Shown piece after piece: positions 23,382-38,400 of a stretch of 64,000 nt of DNA; the first letter of the stretch is position 1; each line of letters begins with the position of its first letter. The notes under the pieces were generated by a model. That model ran no database searches. It saw only the letters and a program-made list of their open reading frames with translations, and was not told where the DNA came from. The DNA is taken from positions 438,138 to 502,137 of the forward strand of contig BCGN01000004.1 of assembly GCA_001599295.1 (NCBI GenBank). Reading direction: 5' to 3'. The DNA comes from Sporopachydermia quercuum (lineage: Eukaryota). A program made the position numbers and the translations under genes.

Positions 23382-25445
23382 TTTCAATCTGATTTCTCGA
23401 AATGGAAGGAAACACCTTATATTTTCATTGGCTTCTTAAACACTTTATATTACAGTTGAACGGGTTAATTGTGTTCCATAACTAACGATAAAATAATGAT
23501 TTGTTGATTTGTATCCAAAAGATCAAGTAATATATGTTCTTGCTGGATCAACTTTTGATATGAAATGAGTACTGTTTGCTCGTAGTGCGTCACTTGCTTA
23601 GTTCTATTTTAGTTCTCTTTCCTCTGAAAAATAAAACGTTGCAAATAATGATAATAAAACAAAGACAAATGTTGACGATCTTAGCACTTTCCCATCAAGT
23701 CGAAACAATAAAAATCTCTGTAACACAATAAGGCGAAGCACCAAAATAAGAGATTGTGCAATATTTCCCCTTTCGATATTAGAACAACTGTTTAAAGAAA
23801 AGACCAAGTAAACAGGTAATCCTCTATTAATCAATGGTGATTGTTGACGATGTTAACAGGGAAGCAAATTTACTGGGTTCAAAGTCGCTTGTTCAGATAC
23901 TTCTCAATGTTACCTCTTCCTCACTTCTCAAACCTAGTAATAAACAATACGTGATTTGAAAGAAACCAAGACGAGCCCAAATGCCTGTAGATGATAAGCT
24001 TGATCTGATTGAATTGTAGGAAGAAAGAAATTCCTAAGTTCCCTAAGTTTCTGAGAAAATGAAAACAAATCATAAAAAGAAAGGATCGGCGTTTGTTGAT
24101 TGTTTGGTAGACAAACAAAGCCTCCAAATAATAAGGAATAGACATTTGAGAGAAATGATCTTTTTGAAGAGTTCCTAATTAAGATTTGAGTTAAGGTTTT
24201 GTATTAGGCAAGTCAGAATCGGTGTAGTCTAAACTTAATTGGATTAACTTAATGCTAGATTCTGGTAGGGGAAAAAAAGGTTTTGTATTACCTTTTCCAC
24301 TTTCTTTATAAGGTTAAACTTTAAATGGTTTTATTCACTAATACCAACCTTAAATGTATGTACAGAAGTATACCCTTCAGAATATATGGATTCAGGCATG
24401 AAAGATTCTGCTTCGATCAAACGAACGGCTTTTCTGAGGCTCAAGAGGTCTAACGAGAAAGCTAACGATAGTTAATTAACTCTCTTCAACAGCTAAAAAT
24501 ATGATTACCTTCTTTAAAGGATATAAAGAAAATCGATGAAATCAACATTGGAACGTGTATTGTAACTATGTTACTAGTTAAACTACTGACTATCTATCAT
24601 CGATGTATTCTTTCCAATACAATGTAATATCTATTTTTTGCCCAGGTCTTTTCAATCTAAGACATAACATAAACTCCACAACCCGAAAATATCATATCAT
24701 TCATCGTTGTCTGTTTAAATCAACCCCAATCTTGATATTTTGCTGCTATTTGTCCTGTTTAAAGTTAACTATGTACCTACATAATTATTAGATCTAGATT
24801 TATACTTTCACTATAAAGTCTTGAAATTCTTAGTGAAACCTTCCCTATGACTTAGAACTTTATTTCTCGTTTCAAGCAGCTGATTTTTCCCTTTAAATTT
24901 AAGTTGTCGTTAGACTGTAAATATATGAGACTATGATGACACCTTCGACAACGAACGCAACGACGAGACGTCTGCTCTGATGCCGAAGCTTTTCTATGGA
25001 TTGAATTAATAAAACTGGCTTTTCGACGAGATTCAGTTGATGATTACGGTAATTGATTAAATTAACGAAAAAACCAAGGATAGGGTATTTGAAAGAAGTT
25101 GCTACAGGATATTGAGATTGCTTAGAATACAGATAAAAAATAGAGTATAAACTTGCTATTAGCCTGGTTATCGAACCGATCTTGAGGAAGAGGAAATTGG
25201 AAAAAGACGTTTATCTGTCTGTTTCATTTCATGAATATGTACAATTTCATAGCAAGATCCGGTCTCGATCTTGCTGACTCAAATTTCATTATTTCATTTC
25301 TAAGTTCGGTACATCTATTCGAAACACCTATTAATACTCTCAAACTAACAAAATTACACTAGCTGCAGGACATACTTGAGATATTTGCATTCTAGATATC
25401 TACAAGAATTTCAAATATTTATACCTACTGATAAATATCTATATC

Positions 25446-25465
25446 TATATATATATATATATATA
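25446..25465. repeat. (TA)10 microsatellite
   Basis: Read directly. Confidence 0.9.
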
Positions 25466-25844
25466 GAATAATAAAGTGATTATTGTAGCTGGAGATAAGT
25501 ATGATCAAGGATCAGAAGTATTGGAACCCAATATACAGCTGAGATACAATGTGTGAAGGTAAAGAATGGCTGGAACACAGTGATTTGATTGTTTTCAGGG
25601 TGACTTGGCTGTAAGAAGCTTCCGATTTAGAAGTTTTAGATGATACTTGAGCCAGATTAGTCGATTTCAGATCAGAATTCAGCTCTACCTGTATCTTGCT
25701 GTTTCAGTCTCGTACTACTCCCTTATAGCCGGCCAGTATTAGTGGTACCTTAAAAGATTAGGTAATCCTTCAAATCGACTGTTGACTGGTAGTAGAAGGA
25801 TAAAGGTGTATAAATATATATACGTTAAACTGGGACTATGTAGG

Positions 25845-25874
25845 AAGAAAAGGGTAAGAAAAGGGTAAGAAAAG
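25845..25874 (+). repeat. 11-bp tandem repeat (AAGAAAAGGGT)x2.7
   Basis: Read directly. Confidence 0.75.
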
Positions 25875-26429
25875 TGGTGATTGTAGTATAGTTTCAGTTC
25901 AATTTTTGTCTTATAACCGTATTTTATTTATTTCAATTGGGCACTCATTTGTTGCTTCACTTAATGATTAATGATCTGCCTGAGATGAAATAGGAAAAGA
26001 TTAGGTAATCCAAAATAGTCAAAGGGTCATGGCAAACAATTAATGATTATAATCATGATTATGTAATCTATGATATACTCCGGTCAATAATCGACTTATC
26101 CGCTTTATTCGGCTTTTCCAGCTTTTTCCAGCTTTTTCATTGATATTGCCCAAAAAACTGACAGTTTTCTAGCATTTTCCTTGTTCTCAGCACATTGAGT
26201 TATCTTTGCTTCCGCTTTCAACCGTGATTGTTTTATTTCACCCCACTCTGCTATATGAACGTATGGATCGTAACATTTGCTTATATAATGAGATATATCC
26301 AATAACAAGTCCATTAAAATAATACACATAAGGTTAAAACTCTAATAAAAGTATCTAGTCTTTTCTTTTTCCATTTTCAGCGATTTTACCGAAAAGCCTC
26401 GGCTGAAATCAAAACCTTATCTTCTATCC

Positions 26430-29400
26430 TTACTCCTCCAAACTTGCTTCTTCATTACCTTGCTGTTCTTCATCTTCATCCTCATTTTCGTCGTCCCTCG
26501 GTAAAACCTCCGCAATAAACTCAATTGTTTTCCGATCTTGTAACCTCAAAATCTCATTCTCAGCGTTCTCTGGAAGACCCAGCCATGTAATCGGCTCATG
26601 ATCGGGAAGGTTATAAATCCATGTGTTATAATCATCAAAACTATGCTTTGATTCTGGGGGAATCACGTGTTGGGTCAATGAGCTAGTGAATTTGTTCTCA
26701 ACAAGATTAAACTCGGCACCAAAAGCTTCCGATCGGAATATTTGGTCCGAAAGATCCCGGATAAACCTTAAATCTTCCCCATCGGTTATTTTTCCTCCAT
26801 ATAGAATTGAACCAATCAAATTAGCAATATAATCCCAAGGAATAGCTTCGGGAGTTAAATGGGCTTTTTTACCTGCAGTTTCATCTATCAGTCGGGTAAT
26901 TAGCCTAGTTGAGCAATAAACATCCGAGTCGTTAAACTCATATTCCGTTTTCCACGCTAATGGAACGTAGTTTAACCGCTCCGTTACTAATGAATGAAAC
27001 CATGCTATTAGGAAACAAATAAACTTTTTCTCTATCGGCCCGTTATTGCCTGTTTGTGAATTAAACTCTCGGGAAATCTCGGATCGGATTAATCCAGTTG
27101 ACAATACTAATTCTTTCATACTAGCTTTAATTCCTCGAGCGTTTTCAAACATATAAACGCGACAGTTCTGTAAAATAGTACTTGGCATTTCTTTAAAGCC
27201 GAGGTCGGAGGTGAGAAACAGGCGGAACTCGGAATTGACCGTTGAACCTAATTTGGTCAAATTATCAAGCCAACTGGGCCACATATGGACGTTTTGAACT
27301 AGAAGCCAAGTTCCGTTTCGAGCTGCGTTCTTCAGTCCTGTTTCCGCCGTGATTAAAGTTTCAGAGGTTCCCAATGCGGCGATTTCTAGTCTCTTTCCCT
27401 TGGCCTCGGCTAAAGTTTCTATTGCGGAACTAGCGTCAAAACCTTGTTGAGAGCATAAAACTAAAGGCGTTTCCGAATTGAGGTAGGATTCGACAAGAAT
27501 AGGCAATGGATAATGTTCTAACTCATCAATAGGAGACTGTGTTAAAATAGATAATTTCTTGTATAACATTTCCGAAACTCCATTTACAATCTCTGGATTA
27601 TTTCCGCTATTGTTGTAAATAACACTTAAATGCCATAAAATTTCTAAGACTTCGATTTCTGGTTTGGCCAAATCAAAGAAGATAGTTTGCATTATCTCTG
27701 AGATATCTTTATCTTCATTATTATCTCCGCTTTCCACCTGTTTAAATCTTACATCGGCATTTACTAACCAATCTTTTCCGAAACTGCCTTCCGACATCTT
27801 ATTTAAGCTTTCGTGAACTAAATCTCGGATATAAGTGCCCGATTGGGCGCTACCGAAACTTAAAATCAAACATCCAGCTAAAACGGATCGATGATGGTGT
27901 AAAACTGCCGAGGTTGCCTGTTTAAACGTTTCAACGATAAATAAACGAGCTAAACTTTCCGAATCTTCGCGAGATTTCCCATTTAAGCCTTGTTCTCGAG
28001 CTTGTACCATGACCTTATCCAATACAACCTTAATCCATTTAATACTAAATTTGTACCACCCATTCAAGCTTTCAATTCTTTGTAACACTCGGAATATTTT
28101 ACCAACGATAACTCCGAAATCTCGGAACTTATCAGAAACTGCTTTAAGACTCTCAATTAAACTTTCCGCTTCCGTCTTCTTTTCGGTAACTCGTTCCGCT
28201 TCTGATTTAAGTTCCGCTAACGTCTCGGCAACTTTATCCTCTTCCAGTAAGTTTCCCTCCGAGATATTCAATTGCTGTAGTAGGTCTTTCTCTGTCTTCG
28301 TTAATCGGGCTGAGTATTCGCTTAATTTCACAAAAACTGTGCGCTTTTGAGTTTCCACTTCGGGGAAGAACTCCGCTAAGGCTCGGTCCGAAGCTTCCGA
28401 AGCTAGACTTCCTGGAGACACCGAAAAGGTGATAATTGTGGCTCGGCTAGTAATAAATTGGGGCCATTTTGCGTATTGATCGTTTGTGATCAAATAGAGC
28501 TGGAATTGATCAGAAACGTCGATTTCCCGAGCTCCAAGCCGAACCAGCCGTCTGCCTCCTACGTACCGATACTCTTTGGCTAAGATGGGGGAGATAACCG
28601 CGTCTAAAATCTCGGCATGATTTAGAATCAAGGTTCCACCAAACCTTAACGCGTTTTCCACATGCTTAAGTAAATTTGGGTCCTGAAATGAGGATAAAGT
28701 TAAAGGTTTATCCGGGGAAATAAGGTTGTGGCGTAGAGTTAAAAATTCGCTAGCTGCGCCACTAGGATCAACTATCAACGGATATTTTGGGGGCTCAGCC
28801 ATAATATAATAATTCTCAACTGCTATTGTGCTAACGCTGATTCCGTGTTTCCTCCATTCGGCAATATCTCCACTAGCTAACATTTGATCAACGTTTAAAG
28901 TTATGGATCTGATGGGGATACTCCGTAACTTTAATTCCTGGCGCCACATTTTCTCCATTTTCTTCCTTCCGGGTTCATCCGCACTTCCGGCATAAACTTT
29001 AAATGCGGCTTTTAATATGCAATCACCAGCTAAAGTTTCCGTGTTATTATCGGCTTCCTTTAAAGTTTCTGCCCACCGGTCAGTTTCCGCTTTAAGAGAA
29101 TTAATTAGACTTTCACTTCGGTTAACTTTATCCTGAATAGACGAAATTTCCCCCTTAATCCGTTCCGATTCGGCAATGACTCGACTATAATTGTCCCGAT
29201 AGCTTCGAATTGAATCTTCAAGCTCGGTTATCATCTCTTCTACAGCTTTCAGTTTAGCCTGATTATCCCGAGCGACTCTTTCTAGGTCATCAACCTCGGC
29301 TCGGAGAGGACCGACTTGTTGTAAAGCTTCCGAATATGTAACTTGAGCTCTAACCCAAGCACAAAGTGGACCACATGCTTTAGATGCTCGGTTAACAGTC

Positions 29401-32400
29401 TCAATCTGGAATTCCTTCCGAGGCAAGAAATTCCTCACCATTTCGGCTCGAATAGCCAGAGTTAATTGTTTCTCACAGTTGAAATAAACTATATTGGGGA
29501 TAAAATCCTCAGCACGGATAATCCCGATAATCTCCCGCCAGGAGTTAGGTTTAAACCCTAATAAGGTTACTACTGCTTCTAGCGTTAATTTCACCGCTTC
29601 GGGCGGATTAGCCATGGATCTAAGTTCCGTCAGATGCTGCTTTTTAATATTTAAAACACCAGCTTCTGCAGCTTTAACGGCCGGCTCTGCTCGGGATAGT
29701 TCGGACAACACTTCCTGTTGCCGGACGGACAGATCGGCTTCCTGTTTCTCTAAAAGCTTCCGGATTTCATGCGAAGCTTCCTGTTTGCGTTCGGCTTCGT
29801 TTTGTTCCGAGATCATATGTGTTAAGGTTTGCTGCGCCTCCTGAGCTTTTAAACTTAGTTCTGTTTCCTGAGTGGCTAAATGGCGGCGCAAGAAATTAAC
29901 TTTGGCGGTTGTGTCGCGGATTTTTCTTAATCCGGTATGCAAATGGTTTTGCGTTTCTCTCGCTTGACTTTCTGCACTTGTAAGTTCTGTAGTGAATGTG
30001 GCCAAAAAGGCTAAAAACTCTCCTGGGGTGGCAGAAATTGTGCCTGAATATGCGCCACCCAAATCTGCATTAAGGTGTTGGTTGCGCTGGTGAATTGTTA
30101 CAATCGCGTCTTCGATAAACGTTCGGAAATCGGCTTCTGATTCTTGTTTAGGCGATTGCAGCGCCACAGATGAGACCAGCTCTTTAGCAACAATTCTAAG
30201 CGCGGCTAATGACCAAGTTCCGGTATAATTAACGACACAACGATTCAATAAAGCCGGTGATGAGGCTATACTTGAGTTTATAGCCGAGGTCTCGGTTGAA
30301 TTTCCCGGTTCAGCATTCTCATTACCATTAGCCTTCGCGTTTGGCTTATTATTTCCTTCTCCGCTTAAAGTCAAAATCACATGCAAATTCTCAGATATTT
30401 GTTCCGTAAACCATCGGTAAAGCTCCTCCTCGGAATCTATTAGTAATCCTCGGCTTAATGCAGATTCCCGACATGCCGTAATCAATGCCGAGTATTCCTC
30501 GCCTAAATATAACCCAGGAATCTCAGAATTGGCTAATAATGTGTTCATCCGTTCTAGGAAAGCCGATTCGGAAATACCTGATTCGTCAATAAGTAAACAT
30601 ACTCTTGTTCCAGAAACACCCGCTTGAAATAGCACTGTACGCAGAAACTGGTCAAATTGAGTTAATCCGAACCCGGAATAATGAGGAAGTTCTCGCAGAC
30701 TTAATCCGTTTAACCAAGCCACAAAACGCGCCACAGTAGTTTTCCCTGTGTGGCTTTCTCCCATTAAAATTACATGACCTTGCCGTTGTCTTAAAACTCG
30801 GTCCACTCTAAGAATATGATCCAAGAACTCGGGAAATAGCACTAAATTTGTTTGCACTTCCTCTTCGGAAAACACCGCTAGCCGCTGGGAGATGAAATCG
30901 CGGAGAGCTTCGGAAGAAACTTCGGAATAAACTCCTGACATGTAATCTGAAAACAGTAATTCGTCGGACGATTTCGGAATGGGGACTCCGGGGAATTCTC
31001 TTTGTAAAACGGAGAAGATAATTGACCCGCATTCGAGTTTTTCCGATGATGTAATCAGTCGATCAGAAAATAACCGACGAGCTTCATGAGTTAAGATTCG
31101 CACCAAGAAGTTAATGTTGACGCTAAGAGTTGAACCCAAATCCCCATTGGGCTCGAAGCTCCCCAATTGGGATAAAACTCTATCTAAGCCACGCACCCAT
31201 CGGGTAAGTTCTCGAGGAGAATAGATGTAATGGGGCTGAACTACGGCGGAAAACTCTGTCTTGCATCGGGTATAAATGCCGAGCATTGCCTCAGTAACAT
31301 TCNGAACAAATCCTCGTAGATCCGGTTCCGATCGGAGGACTGCTTCGTTGAAAGTTTGATAGATTTGACGCAAAGAGGGAGTTTCTGGATAATCTACAAA
31401 TATGATTGAGGTGTGGCGTAAGAAACGGGGTGCCAGCGGGATTCTTCCAATATCAGAGGGAGGGTTACAAGCAGCCACAAATTGAATGTGGTTTAACCAA
31501 ACCCAGCTTTTATGCCGAGGGCTCCAAAACCGTTGTTGAGCCACACACTGTCGGATAAACGAGATTACATGTTGAGTTCCAAATTTATCCGTTTGAGGTA
31601 AGTTAATTTCATCACAAAAGACAATGAGCCATACTCCGGGGTTTTCCGGATGAAGCTTAAATTCTCCGTTCGGAGTTTTCCGGTATCGACATTTCTGCTC
31701 TAATACTTTAATTAGACTTTCGGCGTTTGTCTCCTTACAGAAGTTCAAACTTAGTAATTCCAATCCCGGTTCTTTCCGAATAGCATTCATTAGCGTCATA
31801 GTTTTTCCCGAACCAGGCGGGCCACATAAAACAACTGGTTTGTGTTCCGAAATCATTCCGAAAAGTAAATCTTCATGGCGCGCAGTGTCCAATGTGGGGA
31901 TAACAATTGAAGGATCGGCTAAGCTAGCCGAATTCAAATTGAGTTTCGGGATGTTTCGGGACCATGACTTAAAACTACCAGAAGGAGTTAGTTCAAAGTC
32001 TAATATGGAGTTTGCCGTTGCAGTTGCAGTATTAGTTGCCATTTCTGTCCCTTCGGAAGGCTGAAATATAGCTAATTCAGCTAATTCGGCTTCACTAGGG
32101 AAAAATTGTTCCAGTTCTGACTGTGCCAATAAGAACGCGGCTAGTTTCCTTCTATTTGAGAAGTCACAATCACCTGAATAGGCCCAAATAAGCGCTAATA
32201 AAGTAGCGCGGCCTGAATAAAGTTTAGAAGCTTGCTGAGCCACAAAGTTAGGCTTTGTGGAGTAGAATTTAACAAAGTTCTTTAGAAATTTAGTTACAAA
32301 CGCGAAAAAAGAGTCAATATATCGATTATTTATCCTGTTTGTGTCCATGATATGACTCAAATTCTCAATTGAATAGCGCAAAACCCGGTTAAGGAAATCT

Positions 32401-35400
32401 CCTGTGATTATCTGCTGAGCTTCTTCTATGAAAAATGTCACAACCTCCTTCCGAGCTTCCGTTCCGTCCTGAAATTCCAGTTCTTCCGTTTCTAACCGTT
32501 TCCAGTATTGGGCCACTCTCATATCCTCGGTTACAGTTCCGTTTCCGATGAAAATCATACCACAACGGGAAACTGTGGCTGGTGTAGCGTACGATAATGA
32601 GTCTGTTTCAAACACAAACTTGATGTTTGCCGGAATAGGCAATCTTTCACCATTGGCTAAAGTTAAGGTCTTGTTATCGTCCAAAACACTATTTAAGCTT
32701 TCGGCCCAATCGGGATCAATGTCACCGTCAAACAAAACCCAAATCAGCTGCTGCGCCTCCCGCCGAACATTCTCTCGGACTCTACGCACCAATGAGGAAA
32801 TAATTCCGTCTGTCCATTCTCGGGTAGTCGAATCCAATTTGCCAAATAAGTGCTCCTTGCCGATGATTTTCGCGTCTAAGCGAATAATTACAGGATCTAG
32901 ATTCAAGGTTTCCGCTAGTGACTTTAACGTTAGACTTCCGATTGCAGTTTTGCCGCTTCCAGAAGGTCCCACCAACACTAAACCGGTATAGAGCTTATGG
33001 ATTCGGGACAATTGAATGGCTTTCCAGGTGAATTGTGGCGCAGGAATGAGATGCTCCGTTTGGCATAGTTGGAGTAAAGTTTGTTCAAATTGGGAAGTCG
33101 TTTCAGTTAGTATTTCCTGTTTAGGGAAATATTCCTCGGTTAATTGATTGAAAACAGCTAAATCTGCTTCCGTTAACTTGGGAGCAATTGTGTCATCAAT
33201 GCTTTTAGCAACTAACTCTAATTCCAATTGGGGAACATATTCGGCTGCATTAGAGCTTTCGATATCAGAATCACCGTTACCATTTCCAGTAAGAAATTCC
33301 TTCCGCAATGAANCACAATAACCTAAAACGGATTTAACAGCCCGTAGCCCGAAATCATAATGCTTTTGCTCACTTAACCGGGCTTCTAACGCCCCAAAAA
33401 AAGGAACAATAATTTTGCTTAGCTTCAAGCCGGTCAAAAACCCTAATCCTGTTAAAACTACCTCAGCTATCGTTTCCTTATCAGGAGATTTAACCGAAAA
33501 GCTTCGGAACAACTTCTTCAGATTCTCGGGTAATTCGCTTCTTCCTGCATATCCGGGATTCGTGGTGATGAATATTCCCGAATACCTATTAGATTTAAAC
33601 GTTTGTCCCATCAATTTAATATCCGTTTCGGCTAGATTCTCGCTTAACCCAAACTCTATTGCCTCAATATGCCCGGAAACAGCTGAGAGAACTTTCCCGT
33701 TTAGGCGATTGAATTCATCAAAACAGCAAAACGCCCCTAACCTTAATATTCCAATGAGGATTCGGCCCACGGCTTGAAAATCAAACGATTCGTCACAATT
33801 GAACACTAATACTAATCTCCCAAGATTTTGCCCAAGCATTTTTATCGTTTCCGTTTTTCCCGTGCCTGCTGGACCGAACGGAGATCCTCCCATGTTTAGT
33901 TGTAAAGCGGAAACCATAGCTTGGAAGATATCCGAAGTTAATTTGGTATATACTAGCCGTTCCGGTATTCCAAGATATTCCAGGCCGTAAGGAATTGAAT
34001 GCCCTAATTGGGATATTGTGATTCTTTTGCATGAGGGGAAGGAGGCGTCGTAATAGAACCGTTGGTATTTGAGCCATGAATACGAGTACGAATTCGGTGA
34101 ATTAAGCGAGTGACTGCTGAGATCCCCAGAATCTCGGAGCTCCCGTAATATTCCTAATTGGTGCACAGCTTCTCCAACTAGAGTTTCGATTTTCCTATTT
34201 AGGATATTTGTAGCAGACCTATATTCTTCATTCTCGGTATCATTTTCGGTAATTTTGACCTTCTTATGAGAGATTTCGGCTAAAAACTTTAAAATATCTT
34301 CAAATTGCTGTGTCACGTTATCAATTGCCCCTGCTTTTCCATTTTCAGCAACACCAGTTTCCATTTTAAGCCAGTTTTCCGTTTCTTGTGTCCAGAATAT
34401 CTGCAATGCCACTAATAATGCCTGATAAGGGTATGAATTTATCCATTCTAGGAAGTTTTGCCAGTCCCAGTTTGTTTCTGATTGTCTGATTCCGTATAAT
34501 TTATCTAGCGCGTTCCCTATTTCGGATTCAATAGTGGCAGATAAGGTTTCGCCCAATTTACCTAGCCACTCGGCTACATTGGCATATTGGCTAATATCTA
34601 TCACGTCTTTAAGCGCAATTCTTTCCCCTTCTGGTGAGATTACTGAGATTACTTTCCCCTTTTCAACCTCTTCCACCCGGGAAATCCCCGGATAAAGTTT
34701 TCCTAAATGTTTCTCCGTCCCTAGCGTCCGATTTCCGGTACCAAGGATTTCCAATAAATCTTCATTACCCACGAAATAGAACCGCGGAAACTCGGCCCGA
34801 GCTTTCTCCAAGTATTCCGCTAACGCCCGTTGAACTCTATTTAGAGCGTCCCGAGCCCGCTCTGCTGCTTCTTGGATTCCAAGAACTTCCGCTGCCGCTA
34901 TGACATTACCCGCTTTTAACAAATTTCGTTGCTGCGCCATCCATTCTGAGCTGATTGTCCTGAATCGAGTAGTCTCCCGAGGTTGGAGCCGAGATACTTC
35001 CGAGTTCGAACCCAAAACTCGGTCCAAGTAAACCCATTGCTTTTGTACGTCCACCCAAACATCCAATAATTGCGCCACTTTCTCTAATCGTTCCGTCCAT
35101 TCGCGAGCCTCAGTGGCTATTATATGGAAATAAGGGGAACTCCGCATAGCTTCCAGCTCCGCTAAATCGTCTCGGCATGCAGAGAAAAGTTCGTCCCATC
35201 CTCGGACTAACGGAACCAAACCGGAAGGATTTGGAATCGTTTCAAACCTTGTTTCTTCCCATTTATTGGTCATTTTTGCAATTGACTCTTGTAAAATGAG
35301 TTCTCCTTGGGCCTGCGCGACAATTTCGGATATACGATTTTTGTGACGCAGGAGGTCTAGTTGCCACACTGAGTTCAAGGTTAGAATTTGAGCCGGCGGT

Positions 35401-38400
35401 GGCGTCTGTGGTTTGAAAATAAGGTTCCAATGCCGCTGTTTCAAAGCTTCCGTTCTAAGCAAAGTCAAAATAGGTAACGTTTTCAATAGGATTTTAACGG
35501 ATTCGGATAGATTGCCATAAGCGGAATATTGACGCACAGAATTGGAAACGTTCCGAAGCTCGGCTTGAATGTTTTCCAATTTAGTGCGAATATCTCGAAT
35601 TGGAATTAGGGTGAAAACTTCGGCTTTCAGATCCGATAGTCGGGTTGAAATCCCGTCCAATTCTTCCCAAACAGCTTGTAATTCGGAGATTTCATCGAGA
35701 ATATCGGATAAACTTGGAATAGCGGGAATTGATAAGGTTAATTGCGTTGCTACTGATGAGAGCAACCGTATTTTTGCAGCCAAGCTGTCCGCCTCTGACT
35801 TAAAGAAAACTAATACTTCTAAAGCTTGAGCTGAAGTCAAGTCGGCATTAATCGGTTTATCGGAGTTCCATTGCACGTGTAAATCTCCCACTTTTTCAGA
35901 TAAAGTTTGAGTTTCGGAGTTGAATTTTTGCGTGATTAGTCCGAGTTTTTCCGAAATGGTCTGTTTCTTCCCGAGGATTTCCCCTTTAACGTTTTGAACT
36001 AATGAATCAGTGTGTTCCGGATAAATCCATTCCGAATTAAACCGGTACCGGTTTCGGGATAATACGGAATAGCTTTTTCTTAGTAGCTGAGCCTCATTTT
36101 CCCATGTAGGTAATTGTGATTCAATTCTGAATACTTCAGCCACAGTTTCTGCCGTCTCAAACACTCTTGAGGCATCTATCGTTCTATATGAAATAGACTT
36201 TAAAGCCGGCTTGATTTCAGAACAAAACTTCCGGGCCACTTCAGAGACAATTGTTCCGAATTGCGCCACAATTGCTGCCTGTAAAGAGTCATATTTCAGC
36301 GCAACTCTTCCTGCTATTTGTTCATAACTGATCCTAATTCTTCCTATTCTCTGTCCCAATTCCAGAGTGTCTAGCCTGAGCCGAGCTTTTCTTAATTCAG
36401 CAACAACGGATAACCATTTCGAAACATTTGTACCCAGTTCCTCAAACAAGGTTTCGAAGTTTAGATCCCAAAGAGTTTGAAACTGTTTCCATTCTTGGAA
36501 ACAACTAGTCAAATCATGGCATATTTTGTCTATTTCCATATAACATTTAGTGATTGAAGGAGAAAGGTTGGTTTCCAATTGGGAAAAGTTCTCAGCCTTA
36601 TTTATTCCGCTTGTGAAGTTTCCCGGAATACGAAGCTTCTGTAATTGGGTTACAGTTTGAACTATATTCTGCACTTCTCGGATTAGTTTAACCCTGATTG
36701 ATTGAATGCTGGGTACTAAGTTTACCGAGTTCTCGCTTATAACTATTTCAGTAGATATCACCGAGTCNTCGGCAGTTGAGTTATCCTTTTTGGCCCATAA
36801 TTCTTCACACCAATTACTTAGTTGGGTAATANTTCTTGAGCTTAGCTGCGAAGCTAATTTTAGATTCAACTCTAACGTAAACTGCACAACGGCTTCGGCT
36901 TTGATTCCTATCCGAGATAAACTTAAAATTTCTTCCGTTAGTTCCGAAATCTTCTCTTTGACTACAACTAACTCCGTGTTGACATCTCCTATTGCTTGCA
37001 ACGCCGAGTTTATTCGGAGAACCTCGGAATCAACATATTGAAAGTGCTCATGCAAGGTAAACATTAAGGATAACAATTTTAGTACTAATTCTGCTTCTGT
37101 GGCTTCCGTCTCCGTTCCGGTAATTTCCCCGCCTACTATTGACCTACTAGTGCTTACCCCTCCAATTATGCTGTCCCATGACAGACTTGCCACCTCTTTA
37201 AGTAACGACAGAACTGTTTGCATTACCGGATCAAGCAATATCTTCCCAATTGATAACTCATCACAAGCTTTTAGAGCTTGCCACAAGACTCTAAACCCAT
37301 CTGATAAGCCGAGATACGTCGGAAGAAGCTTAGCCACAGTCCTAGATGTAGATATAATATTGTGGGGTACCTGAAATCCAAGCCATGCTAGATTCCGAGC
37401 TTCGGAAACTAAATTTATATATATGCTATCAAAATTCGGGTGTATTCGGAATTTTTTATCCGAAGATTTCCGGATTGCAAGTATTGGGGACGACAACGGG
37501 AAATATTTACCAGAATGTTTACTCTGCCATTCTTGAAACCGAGATTCGGGCCGAAGTGCAGCTTTCAGGTTTGTAATTTCGTTGTTTAAGGTTTTCCCTT
37601 CGGCATAATTCGGCCAATTTGTTCCCAAAATCAATTCAAGCCGAGTCACAATCCCGTCAAGCCGAGAATCTAATTGTTGAAGCCATCCGATTTGGGCCGC
37701 TGCAGCTGGAATTCCGTGTAGTTGTCCCATTATCAGCGTCTTCTCGGGAAAGTCTAATTGACCGTGTAAAACCTTAATATCCTGCTTAACATTAGCTAGT
37801 AATACAGTTTGGTATTCCGCTACCGCGCCTCGAATAGCTGGTCGGGCAAGTAAGGTTCGAAACCGGGAGAAAACTCGGAACATTTCGTCTGCGTTCCGAG
37901 CTTTTCCTAAAGCACTTCTCAATGTGGCTATAACTGAGATTTCCACCTGCGCCACTCTTGATTTATACTGCGCCTCGGCTGTAGACCATTTGCGTAACCC
38001 TTCTTGGGACAGATCTAGAATATCTACTGGTTCTACTAGTGAATAAGCCTCCTGTAACTGGACAACCAAATCGGGAACTTCCGGAGCATGAATCGTGACT
38101 TGGTGGGCTTGGTGGACTTGTTGCTGAGCCGCAATTAACGTATCGAGTAGCTGCTGGTGCCTTTTCCGGAAATCGGAGAAATACTCAAGCCGGTCTTGAA
38201 GTTCTGAATGCCGAGCTCGGATCCGAACAAAAATAAACTTCTCAGCCCGTTTCCGAAGGATTTCTCGGGCCATGTTAGTAAACTCTTTAGCACATTTGTC
38301 CCAGGTTCGGAAAACTGGCTGAACCTGGGCCACAGTTTGCGAATATTCGGAATAACCCAAATGGGAAATCCCTGATTGGGCAAGTAATTCAGAGAGTTTG

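Noticed and set aside
25251..25275. 9-bp inverted repeat AGCAAGATC…GATCTTGCT
   Set aside because: Single short IR with no further structure; compatible with chance in 64 kb
26430..26600. Dynein lacking the metazoan C-terminal extension
   Set aside because: Normal for fungal dyneins
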